Positions 20,054-32,081 are shown, counted from the first letter of the stretch. The stretch is DNA of 64,000 nucleotides from an uncultured Thermoleophilaceae bacterium (GCA_963814005.1 CAWFBA010000003.1:640-64639), one strand, 5' to 3'. Notes: generated by a model from the letters alone, not told the origin. Program-made: numbers and translations.

Positions 20054-20878
20054 TCAGGAGGGCCTCACCCCGATCACGGCTGCCGCGTGGCGCGCGTCCC
20101 GGCGCGTCTGGAACCCCAGTGCTCGGAGGTCGCGCTCGCAGGACTCGACCGTGTAGGGCGCATGCACCTCCACGGCCACCGTCCTCACGCGCTCGGTCCA
20201 CCCGGCGTTGCGTGACAGCAGCTCCTGCTCCGCGCCCTCCACGTCGATCTTGGCGTAGTCCACACGCGCGCCCTTGCCCTCCAGCGCCAGCAGCGACCAC
20301 GGCGATATGGACTGGGAGATGGTCACCGCCGGGTCTCCGTGCGGCGCCGCGGCGGTCACGTGATGGCCGGAGGTGGCGCCATCGAGCCGGACGTAGCGCA
20401 GCTCGCCGTCGTCCGGCCAGACACCCGCCTGGATCACCTCGCAGCGCGGGGCCCACGGGGCCACGTTGAGCCGGGCCAGCGCGGCGTTCTCGGCGTCGAG
20501 CTCGACGCCCACGATTCGCGCGCCGGGATGACGCTCGGCCAGGTCGGCCATCGTCAGGCCGATGTTGGCCCCCAGGTCCCAGACCAGGCGCAGGCCGCCG
20601 TCGACGGCCTCCCGGGGCGGCCGGTGGTAGCCCCCGGCGAACGTGCCCCAGACGGTGTCCACGTCCGAGGTGCTCGGGCGGACGAGTACCTCCTGGCCGC
20701 CGAGTGGGCGCAGTCTCAGGCGCACCGCTCGCCCTCCCGAGCCCACGTGCCGCCTGATGCGGCTGAGCCGGACATAGGTGCCGAAGCTGCGCGGTCCGGC
20801 AGTGACCCTTGCGGCCACGAAGGCCAGGCGGAGCAGCGTCTGGACCGGCGCCGGCAGCGCCGCCAGCCCGTGCCCCAA
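20054..20878 (-). CDS. FkbM-family methyltransferase
   Basis: 3' part of ORF 20054..21118: VWDLGANIGL, VGVELD, DYAKIDVEGAE. The start is uncertain (TTG at 20878 proposed). Confidence 0.75.
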   Translation of the reverse strand: MGHGLAALPAPVQTLLRLAFVAARVTAGPRSFGTYVRLSRIRRHVGSGGRAVRLRLRPLGGQEVLVRPSTSDVDTVWGTFAGGYHRPPREAVDGGLRLVWDLGANIGLTMADLAERHPGARIVGVELDAENAALARLNVAPWAPRCEVIQAGVWPDDGELRYVRLDGATSGHHVTAAAPHGDPAVTISQSISPWSLLALEGKGARVDYAKIDVEGAEQELLSRNAGWTERVRTVAVEVHAPYTVESCERDLRALGFQTRRDARHAAAVIGVRPS

Positions 20879-20904
20879 GCGATCCCGGCGAGCGCCGGAG
20901 CCGC

Positions 20905-21365
20905 TCAATCCGAGCGGGCTCGGCGGCGGCCGCTGCGGGCGCCCCTTCGCCCTCGGCCTCGGCCTCGGCTGGGCCGTCGGCCGGCGCGTCGGCGGCGGCG
21001 CGGGCGGCCACCCGGCCGTCGGGCTCCTCGTCGCGGCGGGCGCGGGGCGGCTCGGGGCTCGGGGGCACCGGTGGCGAGCCCGGGGGCTGACGGATGATCC
21101 GGAAGCGCAGGACGCCATCCATGATCCGCAGCGAGTGGTTGAGACGGTCGAGGAGCTCGTGCTCGCCCTCGAACTGGAACAGGTGGTAGGCGGCCTCGGG
21201 CCGGTGGTCGATCTCGTACGCGATCCGGCGGCTGCCCCAGTCGTGGCGGCCGGCGATCGTCCCGCCCGCCTCGAGCATGCCCTCCACCTCGGCGACCACT
21301 GCCTGGCGGCGGTCCTCGGGGGCGCTGGCGTCGATCAGCAGCATGAGGTCGTATAGCTGTGCCAT
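20905..21365 (-). CDS. rpsF: 30S ribosomal protein S6 with a long Pro/Ala/Glu-rich tail; 3' end uncertain (no in-frame stop, likely frameshift in the tail)
   Basis: MAQLYDLMLLIDASAPEDRR...WGSRRIAYEI...HLFQFEG...LRIMDGVLRFRIIR. The S6 frame then stays open to 19878, running across the FkbM gene and into ssb. A TGA at 20905-20907 in another frame is the plausible true stop. Confidence 0.8.
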
Positions 21366-21424
21366 CGGCCGCGGGACGATAGCAGTGGGGGGGCGAGTCC
21401 CGGCCGCGTTCGCCTCGGCCAAAC

Positions 21425-21844
21425 GTGGCGGGCAGGCGGCGGAGAGCGAGCGCGGGAGTGCTCTCCCGAGTGCGGTGGGGGAACGTCGCCCGGCTGTCCG
21501 CGTTGGTGGCGGCCGCCGCGTTGATCGCGCTCGGCCCGCGCGCCTGCGGGCCGCGCCCCGGCGCTCAGCAGCAGCCCGCCATCGAGGCGCCGGTCCCGAT
21601 CGTCCCACCCGCCACATTCGACCCGCCGGTGGCAGCGGCCCCCCGCCCAGCGCCACGGGCCCGCCGGAAGAGGAGCGTCAGGGGGAAGCGGCGCAGGGCG
21701 CCAAGCCCACCTACTCGGGCGCGCGCACGGCGCCGCCTACCTCAGGCGCGACCGGTGGGCCCGCCCAGCTCCGCACCTGCGCGGAGCGCCCCGCGCCGGC
21801 CCACGACGGGCGAGTTCACGCCCGACCCGGACCCGCTCCGCTAG
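21425..21844 (+). CDS. possible small secreted, very basic Pro/Arg-rich protein (weak call)
   Basis: 139-aa ORF with an N-terminal hydrophobic stretch LSALVAAAALIAL. No family recognised. Could be a GC-driven spurious ORF. Confidence 0.25.
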   Translation: MAGRRRRASAGVLSRVRWGNVARLSALVAAAALIALGPRACGPRPGAQQQPAIEAPVPIVPPATFDPPVAAAPRPAPRARRKRSVRGKRRRAPSPPTRARARRRLPQARPVGPPSSAPARSAPRRPTTGEFTPDPDPLR

Positions 21845-22776
21845 GGCGCCCGCTTGCCGATCGCGCGGAAGAACACGTAGTAGGCGGGGCGGCGCTTGCC
21901 GCTCACCGACTGCAGCCCGGAGTCCCACAGCCGGTTTCCCCTGGCTGCCCGCCAGTGGTAGATGTACATCCGCTGCAGCCGACGCGAGACGCGCGGGTAC
22001 TTGCCCATGAGGAACCGCATCGACTGCGTCTGACGCGAGATCGACGGCTTCACTCCGCGGCCGAAGAAGTTCACCGCTCCGGCCTCGGTTGCCCACACCG
22101 GCCCGCGCGTGTTCTTGAGGAACCAGCGCGTCTGGCGCGTGCTCCGGCGCGTGATGTCGGGGTGCGAGACAAGCCCCCACCGATGCGGGCCGCCGCCCAT
22201 GTGGCGCTTGAAGGTCTTCAGCCACTTGGCCGACGCCTTGCTGCCGTCCGAACGGAAGTCGGCTGCCAGCACCGTGCACCGCCCCACCGCGCATTCCTTG
22301 CGCAGGGTCCGGTAGAACTGGGCCGTCCGCTTGGGGTACCTGCCGGTGGGCTGCGCGTCGGCGAAGTTGGCCTCGTTCCAGGTGGAGAACAGCTTGACCC
22401 ACGGGTAGCGCAGTCGGAACAGGCGGAAGTGGCGCCGGAAGCTCGTGACGCTCGGGATGCGGCGCTTGCCGCGGTCCGAGCGGTAGAAGGAGACGAGAGG
22501 CTCGATGCCCTGGAACTTCGCGGCGGTGAACCAGGCGTCCAGGTAGGCGCGGCGAAACCCGCCGTTGGCCATGGCGTCGTAGGGCACCAGGACGCGCATG
22601 CGCTTGATGCCGGACTTCTGAAAGCGGCGGTCGGCCAGCGTCTGCGGCTGATTGTCGGCCAGGCCGATGAGCGGCCCGGAGCGGAACTTGGTGATCTTGG
22701 TGTCGGGCACGGCGGCGCCGGCCTGCGAGGGCAGGCTGAGCACAGCGAGGACTGCAAGCGTCGAGCGAAAAGCCAT
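21841..22776 (-). CDS. secreted clan GH-A-like (TIM-barrel) glycoside hydrolase, highly basic
   Basis: 311 aa with a signal peptide (MAFRSTLAVLAVLSLPSQAGAA), an acid/base-type motif STWNEANF and a nucleophile-type motif VWATEAG. Confidence 0.6.
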   Translation of the reverse strand: MAFRSTLAVLAVLSLPSQAGAAVPDTKITKFRSGPLIGLADNQPQTLADRRFQKSGIKRMRVLVPYDAMANGGFRRAYLDAWFTAAKFQGIEPLVSFYRSDRGKRRIPSVTSFRRHFRLFRLRYPWVKLFSTWNEANFADAQPTGRYPKRTAQFYRTLRKECAVGRCTVLAADFRSDGSKASAKWLKTFKRHMGGGPHRWGLVSHPDITRRSTRQTRWFLKNTRGPVWATEAGAVNFFGRGVKPSISRQTQSMRFLMGKYPRVSRRLQRMYIYHWRAARGNRLWDSGLQSVSGKRRPAYYVFFRAIGKRAP

Positions 22777-22862
22777 AGGTCGTTTCTTCGGGGACGAGCT
22801 GAAAGTCCTTCAACACCACCCGTCGGCCGAGGTTGCGCCCCTCTTCAGAGGTTAGGCCCTCT

Positions 22863-24343
22863 TTAGGGTACAGCCGGGGCTCGACCGCGGCGCTTGGCCT
22901 CGATGTCGGCCAGCTGGTCGTCGACCCAGTCGCCCGGGTCGCGCGCCGAGATCACGCGCTTGAGGCCCTCCGCGCGCCAGGAGCGCTCGTCGGCGGACAT
23001 CGTCAGCGCGCGGTGGATCGCGTCGGCCTGCTCCTGCACGTCGAAGGGGTTGACCGACAGCGCGAACTCGGCCAGCTCCTCGTGGGCGCCGGTGTTCTCG
23101 GACAGCAGCGACACGCCATGGCGCTCGTTCACCAGCGGCCCCTCCTTGGCGATCAGGTTCATGCCGTCGAACATCGCGTTGACCATCAGCAGGTCGTAGT
23201 GCTTGTAGGAGGCGATCGCCTCCTCGAGGTTCTCGCGCAGGCGCAGGTCGATCGGCATCCAGTCGGTGGTGCCGTGGCGGTGGTTGACCACGGCCACCAG
23301 CGCCTCGATCCGCTCCAGGTACTCGGCGTACTCGGGCACGTCCTGGCGCGACGGGATCAGGTGGGCGATGAACGTCACCTGCTCGTGGAACTCCGGGTGC
23401 TGCTCGAGGAACAGGTCGAAGGCGGCGAAGCCGCGCAGCACGTTCTTCGACAGGTCCGCGCGGTCGACCCGCAGGATCAGGTGCTCGCGCCGGCGGCGCA
23501 GGATCTCGCGCTCGTACTCGTGCACCGCCGCGCGCTGGGCGTTGCGGCGGAAGGTCTCGGCGGAGATCGGCAGCGGGTAGGCGCGCACCCACACCTCGCG
23601 GTCGTCGATGCGCACGATGCCGGCCTGCTCGTCCACGTCGAGGTCGAACAGGTCGCGGCAGCAGAGCAGGAAGTTGCGCCTGTACGCGCGGGTGTGGAAG
23701 GCGACGATGTCGTTGGCGAGGATGCCCTCGAAGATGTCCTCGCGCATGTCGCGCGGCAGCACGCGCCAGGCGTCGGGCTGGGTCCATGGGATGTGCACGA
23801 AGTGGTGCAGGAACACGTCGGGCCGCGCCTCGCGGATGTACCGCGGTGCCACGTAGAGGTGGTAGTCGTGGAGCATCACCACGGCGGTGCTCGACGTCCT
23901 CGATCTCCTCCAGCACGGCGTCCGCGAGGTCGCGGTTGACCGCGCAGTAGCCCTCCTCGTAGGCGTCGACCTCCCACTGGCGGATGTCCGGCGCGTTGGA
24001 GAGGTCCCAGAGGTAGTGCTGGATGAACCACAGCATCGGGTTGGCCACCACGTTGTAGAACTGCTCGTAGGCCTCGGGGTCGGACTCCACCAGCCGGATC
24101 CGGTAGGTGATGCCGTCGAGCTCGCAGTCGAAGCTGCCGCCGCCGTGCTGGCGCGGCCGCCTCGGCGTCCTCGTCGGACATCGTGGATGCGATCCACAGC
24201 GCGTCGCGGTGGTTGACCAGGCCGGTGAGCGCGGTCACGAGGCCGCCGCCGCCGCGCTTGGGTTGCAGGCTCCCGTCCTCTTGGCGCTCGAAGGTGGCGG
24301 GGCCGCGGTTCGAGACGAGCACGAGTTGGGGCTCGGAGCTCAT
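22863..24343 (-). CDS. otsA: trehalose-6-phosphate synthase (GT20); two apparent frameshifts (~23883, ~24153)
   Basis: MSSEPQLVLVSNRGP...GGLVTAL, then (other frame) HGGGSFDCELDGITYRIRLVESDPEAYEQFYNVVANPMLWFIQHY, then (third frame) VVMLHDYHLY...IPWT...FHT..Y..NF through to the C-terminus. Confidence 0.88.
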
Positions 24344-25574
24344 TGCAGGTCTCTGAAGATACGCAGCCAGTCGCGGAGCAGCCGGGGCGTGAGGAAGTGC
24401 TGGCGCACGTGCTCCTTCCCCGCCCGGCCGAGGAACTTGCCGAGGCCCGGCTCGCGCAGGATCCCCAGCGCGCGCTCGGCGCACTCCTCGGGCGAGGACA
24501 CGAGGTAGCCGGTCTCGCCGTCTCGGACCTGGAGCGGGATGCCCGCCCACGTCGCCGCCGATGAACGGCCGCGCCTTCCACAGCGCCTCGGAGACGGTCA
24601 GGCCGAAGCCCTCGCGGGTGGACTTCTGGATCACCACGTCGGCCTGCGACTGGAACGCGTTGACCTCGATCGCGCCCACGTTGTTCAGGTTGTTGAGGAT
24701 GTGGACGTCGGGGTCGCCGTCGGCGTGGGCCATCGTCTGGTTGAAGAACTCCCAGCCCTCGGGGTCGTCGGTGGCCATCGAACCGATCAGCGCCAGCTGC
24801 ACCTCGGGGACGTCCTCCTTGACCAGCCGGTAGGCGTCGATCACGCCCATCGGGTCCTTCCACGGGTCGAAGCGCGACACCTGGCACAGCAGCGGGCGGT
24901 CCACGTCGATTCCGAACTGGTCGCACACGTACGCGGCGTCCTCGGGCGAGAAGGCCATGTTCTTGGGCGACAGCGGGTCGATCGCGGGCGGGCAGATGTG
25001 CACCGGCGCGCCGTCCATGCCGCCGGGCACGTAGTCCTGGAGGTGGAAGACCGCGCCGTCGTAGGAGCGGACGAGCGGGACGAGCCGCTCGATGGCCGTG
25101 GGGTTCGGCGTGGAGAGGTCGATGTGGCAGCGCCAGACCCAGCTCCTCGCCTTCTCCGGCACGTGCTGGTGGATCGCCGCCGGCTGCGGGTCGTGCACGA
25201 TGATCGCGTCCCAGCCGCCCGCCAGCTCCTTGGCGTTGCAGCTCGTTGTACTTGGCGAAGATCTGCCACTCCTCCGGCGACAGCCCCTGCGGGTTGCCCT
25301 GCAGCGCGTTGTGGAGCAGCTTCGTGACGTTGTAGAACTCCTCGCGCCCGAGCATCACCTGCCACTGGGCGTCGATCCCCACGTCGTTCATGAGCGGCAC
25401 GAGCGTGTAGAGGATCTCCGACACCCCGCCGCCGAAGGCGGTCGCGGAGAGGTGGAGCACCTTGAGCCCCTCGAGCTCGGTGGACAGCTCGCGGATCTCC
25501 TCGATCAGCGGCTTGCCGGCCACGTGCGTGTAGTCGGCCAGGCTCTTGTGGCCGACCGCGATCGGCTGGAGCAT
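24340..25574 (-). CDS. GT4 glycosyltransferase, TreT-like trehalose synthase candidate; two apparent frameshifts (~24543, ~25240)
   Basis: N-terminus LKVLHLSATAFGGGVSEILYTLVPLMNDVGIDAQWQVM. Middle DAIIVHDPQP...VSRFDPWKDP...QKSTREGFGLTVSEALWK. C-terminus IPLQVRDGETGYLV...RIFRDLQ*. Its stop overlaps the otsA ATG (ATGA). Confidence 0.7.
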
Positions 25575-25942
25575 CAGATCCGCTTCACCAGGACCGTGCG
25601 GCCCTGCTCGAAGGTGGACTCGTCGACGGTCGCCTCGATGATCGCCCGGCTGAGCTCCTGCTCGGACGCCGCCTGCGTCGCCGGCGGGCCCTCGAGCTGG
25701 AGCACCAGCCGGTCGTCGTGGAGCCGGAAGTCGAAGTCCACGCGCGCCTCCTCCTCGTCATCCGGGGCCGCCTCGTCCACGAACTCGTTGGCGGCCTCGG
25801 TGACCGCGAGCTTGAGGTCGGCCACCTCGGCGGGTTGCAGTGAGGTGAGCCGGCACACGGCGGAGAGCGCCAGCCGGGCCAGCACCAGGTACCCCGGCTT
25901 CGCGGGAATGGTCAGCGATACGTCGCGGCTGTCGGAGTCCAT
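25574..25942 (-). CDS. RsbW/SpoIIAB-like anti-sigma regulatory factor (HATPase-like fold)
   Basis: 122 aa from the ATG at 25942: VSLTIPAKPGYLVLARLALSAVCRL..L...EVADLKLAVTEA. Its stop overlaps the ATG of the TreT-like gene (ATGA). Confidence 0.6.
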   Translation of the reverse strand: MDSDSRDVSLTIPAKPGYLVLARLALSAVCRLTSLQPAEVADLKLAVTEAANEFVDEAAPDDEEEARVDFDFRLHDDRLVLQLEGPPATQAASEQELSRAIIEATVDESTFEQGRTVLVKRI

Positions 25943-25953
25943 CGGCGGGCAAC

Positions 25954-26876
25954 TTACCCAAGTAGGCGCGCGATGCCCGCATCGATCTCGCGTGAGGATG
26001 GCTGCGTGCAGCGCCAGGTTGGCGCTCGCCACGATCGACATCTGGAACTCGGCGCCCGGAGCCCAGCAGCGGCCGGCCCGCGAGCGAGGCGCCGTACGCG
26101 TCGGTCACCACGGCGCCGGCTTCCTCCAGGACCAGCGCGGATGCGGCCAGGTCATACGGGGAGTTGTTGAGCACGGCACCGCCGCCCACGCGCTCGAACT
26201 CCTCCCGCATGCCGGGCACGTCGGCCACCATCCGCGGCCCGGGCTCCACGTAGGCGTCGAGCTGGCCGGTGGCCACCCGGGTCATGTCGAACGCGGCCGA
26301 CCCGAGGTCGAACGTGCCGCCGCCCACGGACGACGCGTCGATCAGCTCGGCGAGCACCTCGGTGAGCGCGCGCGCCGGGCGGCCGCGGAAGCCGTAGGTC
26401 CAGAACATCCGGTCCAGGCGCTCGTTGGCCGACAGCCGCACCGGCGGCGCCTCGACCAGCCCGGCGCCCCGCTCGGCCAGGAACACCTGGCCCGATGGGA
26501 TCTCGACCACGCATGCCGCGGTCACGTCGCCCATGGTCGGCTCGGCCGTCCAGCGGAGCGGCCGCCACCGACACGCAGCAGGACTCCAGGCCCGCCAGCG
26601 CGGGGCGGGTGCCGTCGATCGGGTCCACCACCAGCACGGCTCGCGCGTCGCCCGCGGGCTCGACCAGCCCGCGGTCCTCGGAGTAGAAGGCCACGTCGGG
26701 CGCGTGCTCGGCCAGCCACGCCTCCAGGAACACCTCGGCCTCGGCGTCGATGGCGAAGGTCACGTCCCCGCCGGCGGCCGCGGCCTCGGCTCGTGCGCCC
26801 GCGCGGCATGCGAGCCGAGCGAGGGCAGCACCTGCTCGCGCAGGGCCAGCGACAGCTCGCGGACGAGGGCGCGCAC
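25954..26876 (-). pseudogene. inositol monophosphatase/FBPase-family gene with at least 4 frame changes
   Basis: Segments in three frames: VRALVRELSLALREQV, GGDVTFAIDAEAE...FYSEDRG...VVDPIDGTRPALAG, MGDVTAACVVEIP...GGGTFDLGSAAFDMTRVATGQLDAYVE...YDLAASALVLEEAGAVVTD, and FQMSIVASANLALHAAIL / REIDAGIARLLG*. Confidence 0.7.
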
Positions 26877-26901
26877 CGGCGGCGAGACTAGTGACCCCGG
26901 G

Positions 26902-28088
26902 CTAGCGGTCGTCCGGAGGCTCGTCCGGGCGCTCGCCCAGCTTCACCGTGACGTCCCTGCGCTTGCCGTCGCGCAGGACTCGCAGCTCGACCTCGTCGCC
27001 GGCGTCGCGGGCACTGATCAGGTCGGCCAGGTCGGCGGTGCGAGTGAGCCGGCGGCCGTCCACGGCGAGCACCACGTCGCCGTCGGCCGGGATGTCGTGC
27101 TGGCCCTGGAACTCGATCTTGTCGTCGCCCGTCTCGAGGCCCGCCTGGTCCGCCGGGCTGCCGCCCTGCACCTGCACGATCAGGGCGCCGCTCTGACCGG
27201 CAGGTCGAGCCTGCGGGCCAGCTGCGGGTACAGCGGCTGGGAGGTCACGCCGAGGTAGCCGGAGTCGACCTTGCCGTCCTCGCGCAGCTCCCGCAGCGAC
27301 CGCCGGACGGTGTCCACGGGGATCGCGAAGCCCACTCCCTCGCCACCGCCGCTGGTGGACTTGATCTGAGAGTTGATGCCGAGCACGCGCCCGCGCGCGT
27401 TCAGCAGCGGCCCGCCCGAGTTGCCGGGGTTGATGGCGGCGTCGGTCTGGATGGCGTTGCCGATCTGAAACTCCGTAAGCGACTCGATGTTGCGGTCGAG
27501 CGCGGAGATCACGCCCACCGACAGCGACTGGCGCTCGCCGAACGGGCTGCCGATGGCGGCCACGGGCGCGCCCACGACCAGGTCGTCGGTGCTGCCCAGC
27601 TCCAGCGGGGTGAGCTTCAGGCCGGCCGGGTCGATCTTGAGCAGCGCGACGTCGGCGTTGGGGTCGTCGCCCACGATCTTCGCCTCCACGCGGTTGCCGT
27701 CGGACAGCTCCACGTAGACCTCCTTGGCGCGCTTGGTGTTCGGCGGCTCGCCGCTGGTGACGACGTGTGCGTTGGTGGCGACGTAGCCCTCGCCGTCGAG
27801 CACGAACCCGGAGCCCTGACCGCCCTCGCCCTCGTCCTCGCTGAGCAGGGCGCGCGCCCCGCCCTCGAACAGCGAGATCACCGTGACCACGCCCGGTGAC
27901 AGGCGCTCGTAGAGCTGCACCGCGTCGAGCCCGCCCTTCTCGCCGAGTCCCTCAACCACCTCGACGCGGGTGGTGCGCACCTCCTTCGGCGCCTCGGACG
28001 TGGCGGCCGGCTCGCGGGAGTCGTCGTCTCCGTCGCAGCCCGCGAGCGCCAGGCCCGCGAGCAGCACGGCCGCGGCCGTGCGCCTCAC
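26902..28088 (-). CDS. htrA: HtrA/DegP-type serine protease with a PDZ domain and lipoprotein-like signal; one apparent frameshift (~27199)
   Basis: LAGLALAGC; catalytic TNAHVV, D..ALLK, GNSGGPL. The PDZ part (GALIVQVQGGSPADQAGL...) lies in a second frame (ORF 26902..27177). Confidence 0.88.
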
Positions 28089-29515
28089 CTGCCGGCCGCC
28101 GGCAGCTCGAGCGTGAAGGCCGTGCCCACCCGGCGGGTGCTCGCGCTCAGGGTCCCCTCCATCCGCTCGGCCAGCTCCCGCGCGATCGCCAGGCCCAGGC
28201 CGGCGCCGCGAGCGGCGTCGCCGGTGTAGAAGCGGTCGAAGACCTGGCCGTCGTCCGGCAGGCCGGGCCCCTCGTCGGCCACCGTGAGGAGCGCCGCGCC
28301 GTTCTCGCGCCCCGCGGAGACGGTCACGTGAGTGCCCTCGGGGGTGTGGCGAAGCGCATTGTCGAGCAGGATACGCATGATCTGAGCCACCCGTTCACGG
28401 TCGCAGCGAGCGGTGATCCGGGCCGGGAGCCGCAGCTCCAAGGCGGTGGCGTGGCGCTCCACGGCGGGCTTGAACTCGCCCGCGATGGCGCGCGCCAGCT
28501 CGGACAGGTCGACCGGCTCGCGCTCCAGCTCGACCGACCCCGCGTCCAGGCGCGAGAGGTCCAGCAGGTCCACGGCCAGCTTCTGCAGCCGCTCGACCTG
28601 CTCGGCCATCGTGTCGAGGAACTCGCGCCGGGTCGCCTCGTCCAGCTCCTCGTCCTGGAGCAGCTCCACGAACCCTCCGAGCGAGAAGATCGGCGTGCGC
28701 AGCTCGTGCGAGGCGGTGGCCACGAACTCCTTGCGCGCCACGTCGACCCTGCGCAGCTGGACCTGCATCTCGTTGAACGTGCGCGTGAGCTGGCCCAGCT
28801 CGTCCTCGGAGTCCACCGGCAGCGGCTCGATGAAGCGCCCCGCCGCCACCTCCTCGGCCGCCTCCTCGAGCCGGCGCACCCGCCGCGCCAGGGCCTGGGC
28901 CACCACGTAGCCGCCGACCAGCGCCAGCAGCAGCGCCACGCCGGTGGCGGCCAGCAGCCGCTGGCGGACGAAGGAGACGGTCTCGGCCACGTCGTCGAAG
29001 CTGCGCGAGTACAGCGCCACCCAGTCGACCGACCCCTGCCGCGAGAGCGGCTGCGCGATCTCGCCCAGGCGCTCGCCGTCGAGCGAGCCCTGGCCGCGGG
29101 TGAGCTCACCGGTCGCGATCGCCCGCGCGGCGAGCGCGTCGTTCTCCGGCGCCTGGGGCTCCTCGCGCGAGTCGCTGATCACGTAGAAGCGCAGGTCCTG
29201 CGCGCGTATACGCCGATCCGGCCCGCGCGACTGCTGCACACCCAGCAGCGTGACCCGCGCGCCGGCCGCGTCGGCCACCGCCCGCACGCGGCGTCCAGCT
29301 CCCGGGCGGTCACGTCGCGCCGGCCCATGAGCGTCTCGAGCACGGCTCGGCGCCCTTGGCCACGCGCCCGAGGTCGTCGAGCTTGCTCGCCTCGAGGTTG
29401 GACTCGAGCTGGGGAACGAAGAAGAAGTAGATGACGGCGAACGCCGCCGCCGTGATCGCGAAGAAGACCAGCGCGAGCTTGTTGCGCAGCGACCCGAGCA
29501 GTGCCGGCCGGCGCA

Positions 29516-29519
<4 letters not shown>
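28085..29519 (-). CDS. sensor histidine kinase (TM-HAMP-HisKA-HATPase); at least two apparent frameshifts (~29290, ~29335)
   Basis: N-terminal TM segment (MMRRPALLGSLRNKLALVFFAITAAAFAVIYFF), HAMP, H-box FVATASHELRTP, N-box LLDNALRHT, G-boxes DEGPGL and GLGLAIAREL. Confidence 0.88.
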
Positions 29520-30218
<699 letters not shown>

Positions 30219-30295
30219 GGTGCGCGCGCCGCCGGCCGAGCGCCTCCCGCGGGCGCCCAGGGGGTGACAACTACCTCAGATTGTAGGTTGCGAGT

Positions 30296-32078
30296 GTGAT
30301 CGAGCCGCGCATCTACAGGGCGGCCTTCGTGCCGGCCCTGCTCGCCGTCGTGCTCGCGATGTTCTCGCTGGAGAGCCGCCCGAAGCCGCTTCCGGAGGGG
30401 CTGCCGGCCGACGTGGTGTTCGGGGGGGCCGAGGCGGTGGCCACCACCCGGGCGATAGTCGGGGCCGGGGAGGACCGCCGCGCCGGCACCGTCGGCGACC
30501 GCGAGGCCGCGCGCGTGACGGTCGAGGCGTTCCGCACGCGCGGGTTCAGCGTGGAGGTCGACCGCTTCGAGAGCGACGGCAAGGACCTGGTGAACGTGAT
30601 CGGCCGCCGCGCGGGAAGCACCCGGCGGCAGGTGGTGGTGCTCGCCGCGCGCGACGCCTCCGGCGTGCCGGATGCCGGGGGCAGCGCGGCCGACACGGCG
30701 GCCCTGATCGAGCTCGCGCGGGTGTTCGAGGGCCGGCCGTCCGAGCGAACGCTCGTGCTGGCCTCCGTGGACGGGTCGGCGCTGGGCGAGGTGGGCGCGC
30801 GCCGGCTGGCCGACAGGCTCCCCAACCCCGACCTGGTGGACGGCACGATGGTGCTCTCCGGGCTCGGCGCGCCGACTTCCGAGCCGCCGGCGGTCGTGGG
30901 ATGGTCCACCGGCACCGACCGGGCGGGCCTCGGGTTGCAGCGCACCGTGGCCGGCGCGCTGCGCGAGGAGGTGGAGCGGGTGGCGGAGGCTCCCAGCCCG
31001 GCCGGCCAGCTGGCGCGGCTCGCATTCCCCGTGGGTATGGGCTCGCAGGGCCCTGCTCATCGAGGCCGGCTTCGACGCCGTGCGGATCGCGGGCGGCGGT
31101 GAGCTGGCCGACACCTCGGCCTCCACCGTCGACCAGGTCGACGAGGACCGCATCGGCGGCCTGGGCCGCGGGGCATTCCGCGTGCTCGACGCACTCGACC
31201 GCAGCGGCGCGCCCGACGGGAAGCCGGGCGCCTACCTGACCGCGGTGAGCCAGGTGATGCCGGGCTGGGTGCTCTCGCTGCTGGGCATCACGCTGATACT
31301 GCCCGCGCTTGCCGCCACGGTGGACGCGTTCGCGCGCGCTCGCAGGCGGCGGATGGCGCTGCTGCCCTGGGCAGCCTGGCTGGGCGCCGGCGCCGGCGCG
31401 TTCGCCCTCGGCCTGGGCCTGGCCTACGCGCTGGCGTTTGCCGGGGCCACCCCCGAGCCGCCCGGCGCCCCGGTGGACCCTGCGCGCTTCCCGCTCGACG
31501 CCGCGGCCGTTGCGGTGCTGGTCGTGGTGCTCGGCGCGGTGGCACTGGCGTGGGTGGCGCTGCGCGCCGCGACCGCCCGCGTCTGGCCGGGCCTGGCGGA
31601 CCGGTCGGCCATGGGGGCCCCCGTGGTGGCCGGGCTGACGCTGGCGCTTGCCCTGCTGGTGCTGTGGCTGGTCAACCCGTTCGCCGCTCTGCTGCTCACG
31701 CCCACCCTCCACCTGTGGCTCATGGCGACCCTTGTCGACCCGCCGCCGCCGCGGCGCGCCCGCCTCGTGCTCGTGGCGGGCGGCCTGCTGGTGCCGGTGC
31801 TGCTGGTGCTCTACCAGCTCATAGCGCTGTCGCTGAACCCGCTGAGCGGCGCCTGGTACCTGCTCCTGCTCGTGGTCGGCGGCCACATCGGGCCGCTGTT
31901 GGCGCTGGTCTGGTGTGTGCTGGCGGCGGTGCTCGGTGCGGCCGTGGCCATCGCGCGAAGCCGGCCCCAAAGGCCCGATCGCGCGGAGCCGGCTGAGCGC
32001 CCGTCGGTCCGCGGCCCGGCCAGCTACGCCGGCCCGGGCTCGCTGGGCGGGACCCGGTCGGCGCTGGACCCGCGCTGA
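30296..32078 (+). CDS. membrane protein with an M28-peptidase-like extracellular domain and a polytopic C-terminal domain; one apparent frameshift (~31052)
   Basis: ORF 30296..31102 (NVIGRRAGS..VVVLAARD...AADTAALIELARVF) continues after a shift into ORF 31080..32078 (LIEAGFDAVRIAGGG..., then about 7 TM helices). Confidence 0.6.
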
Positions 32079-32081
32079 TCG

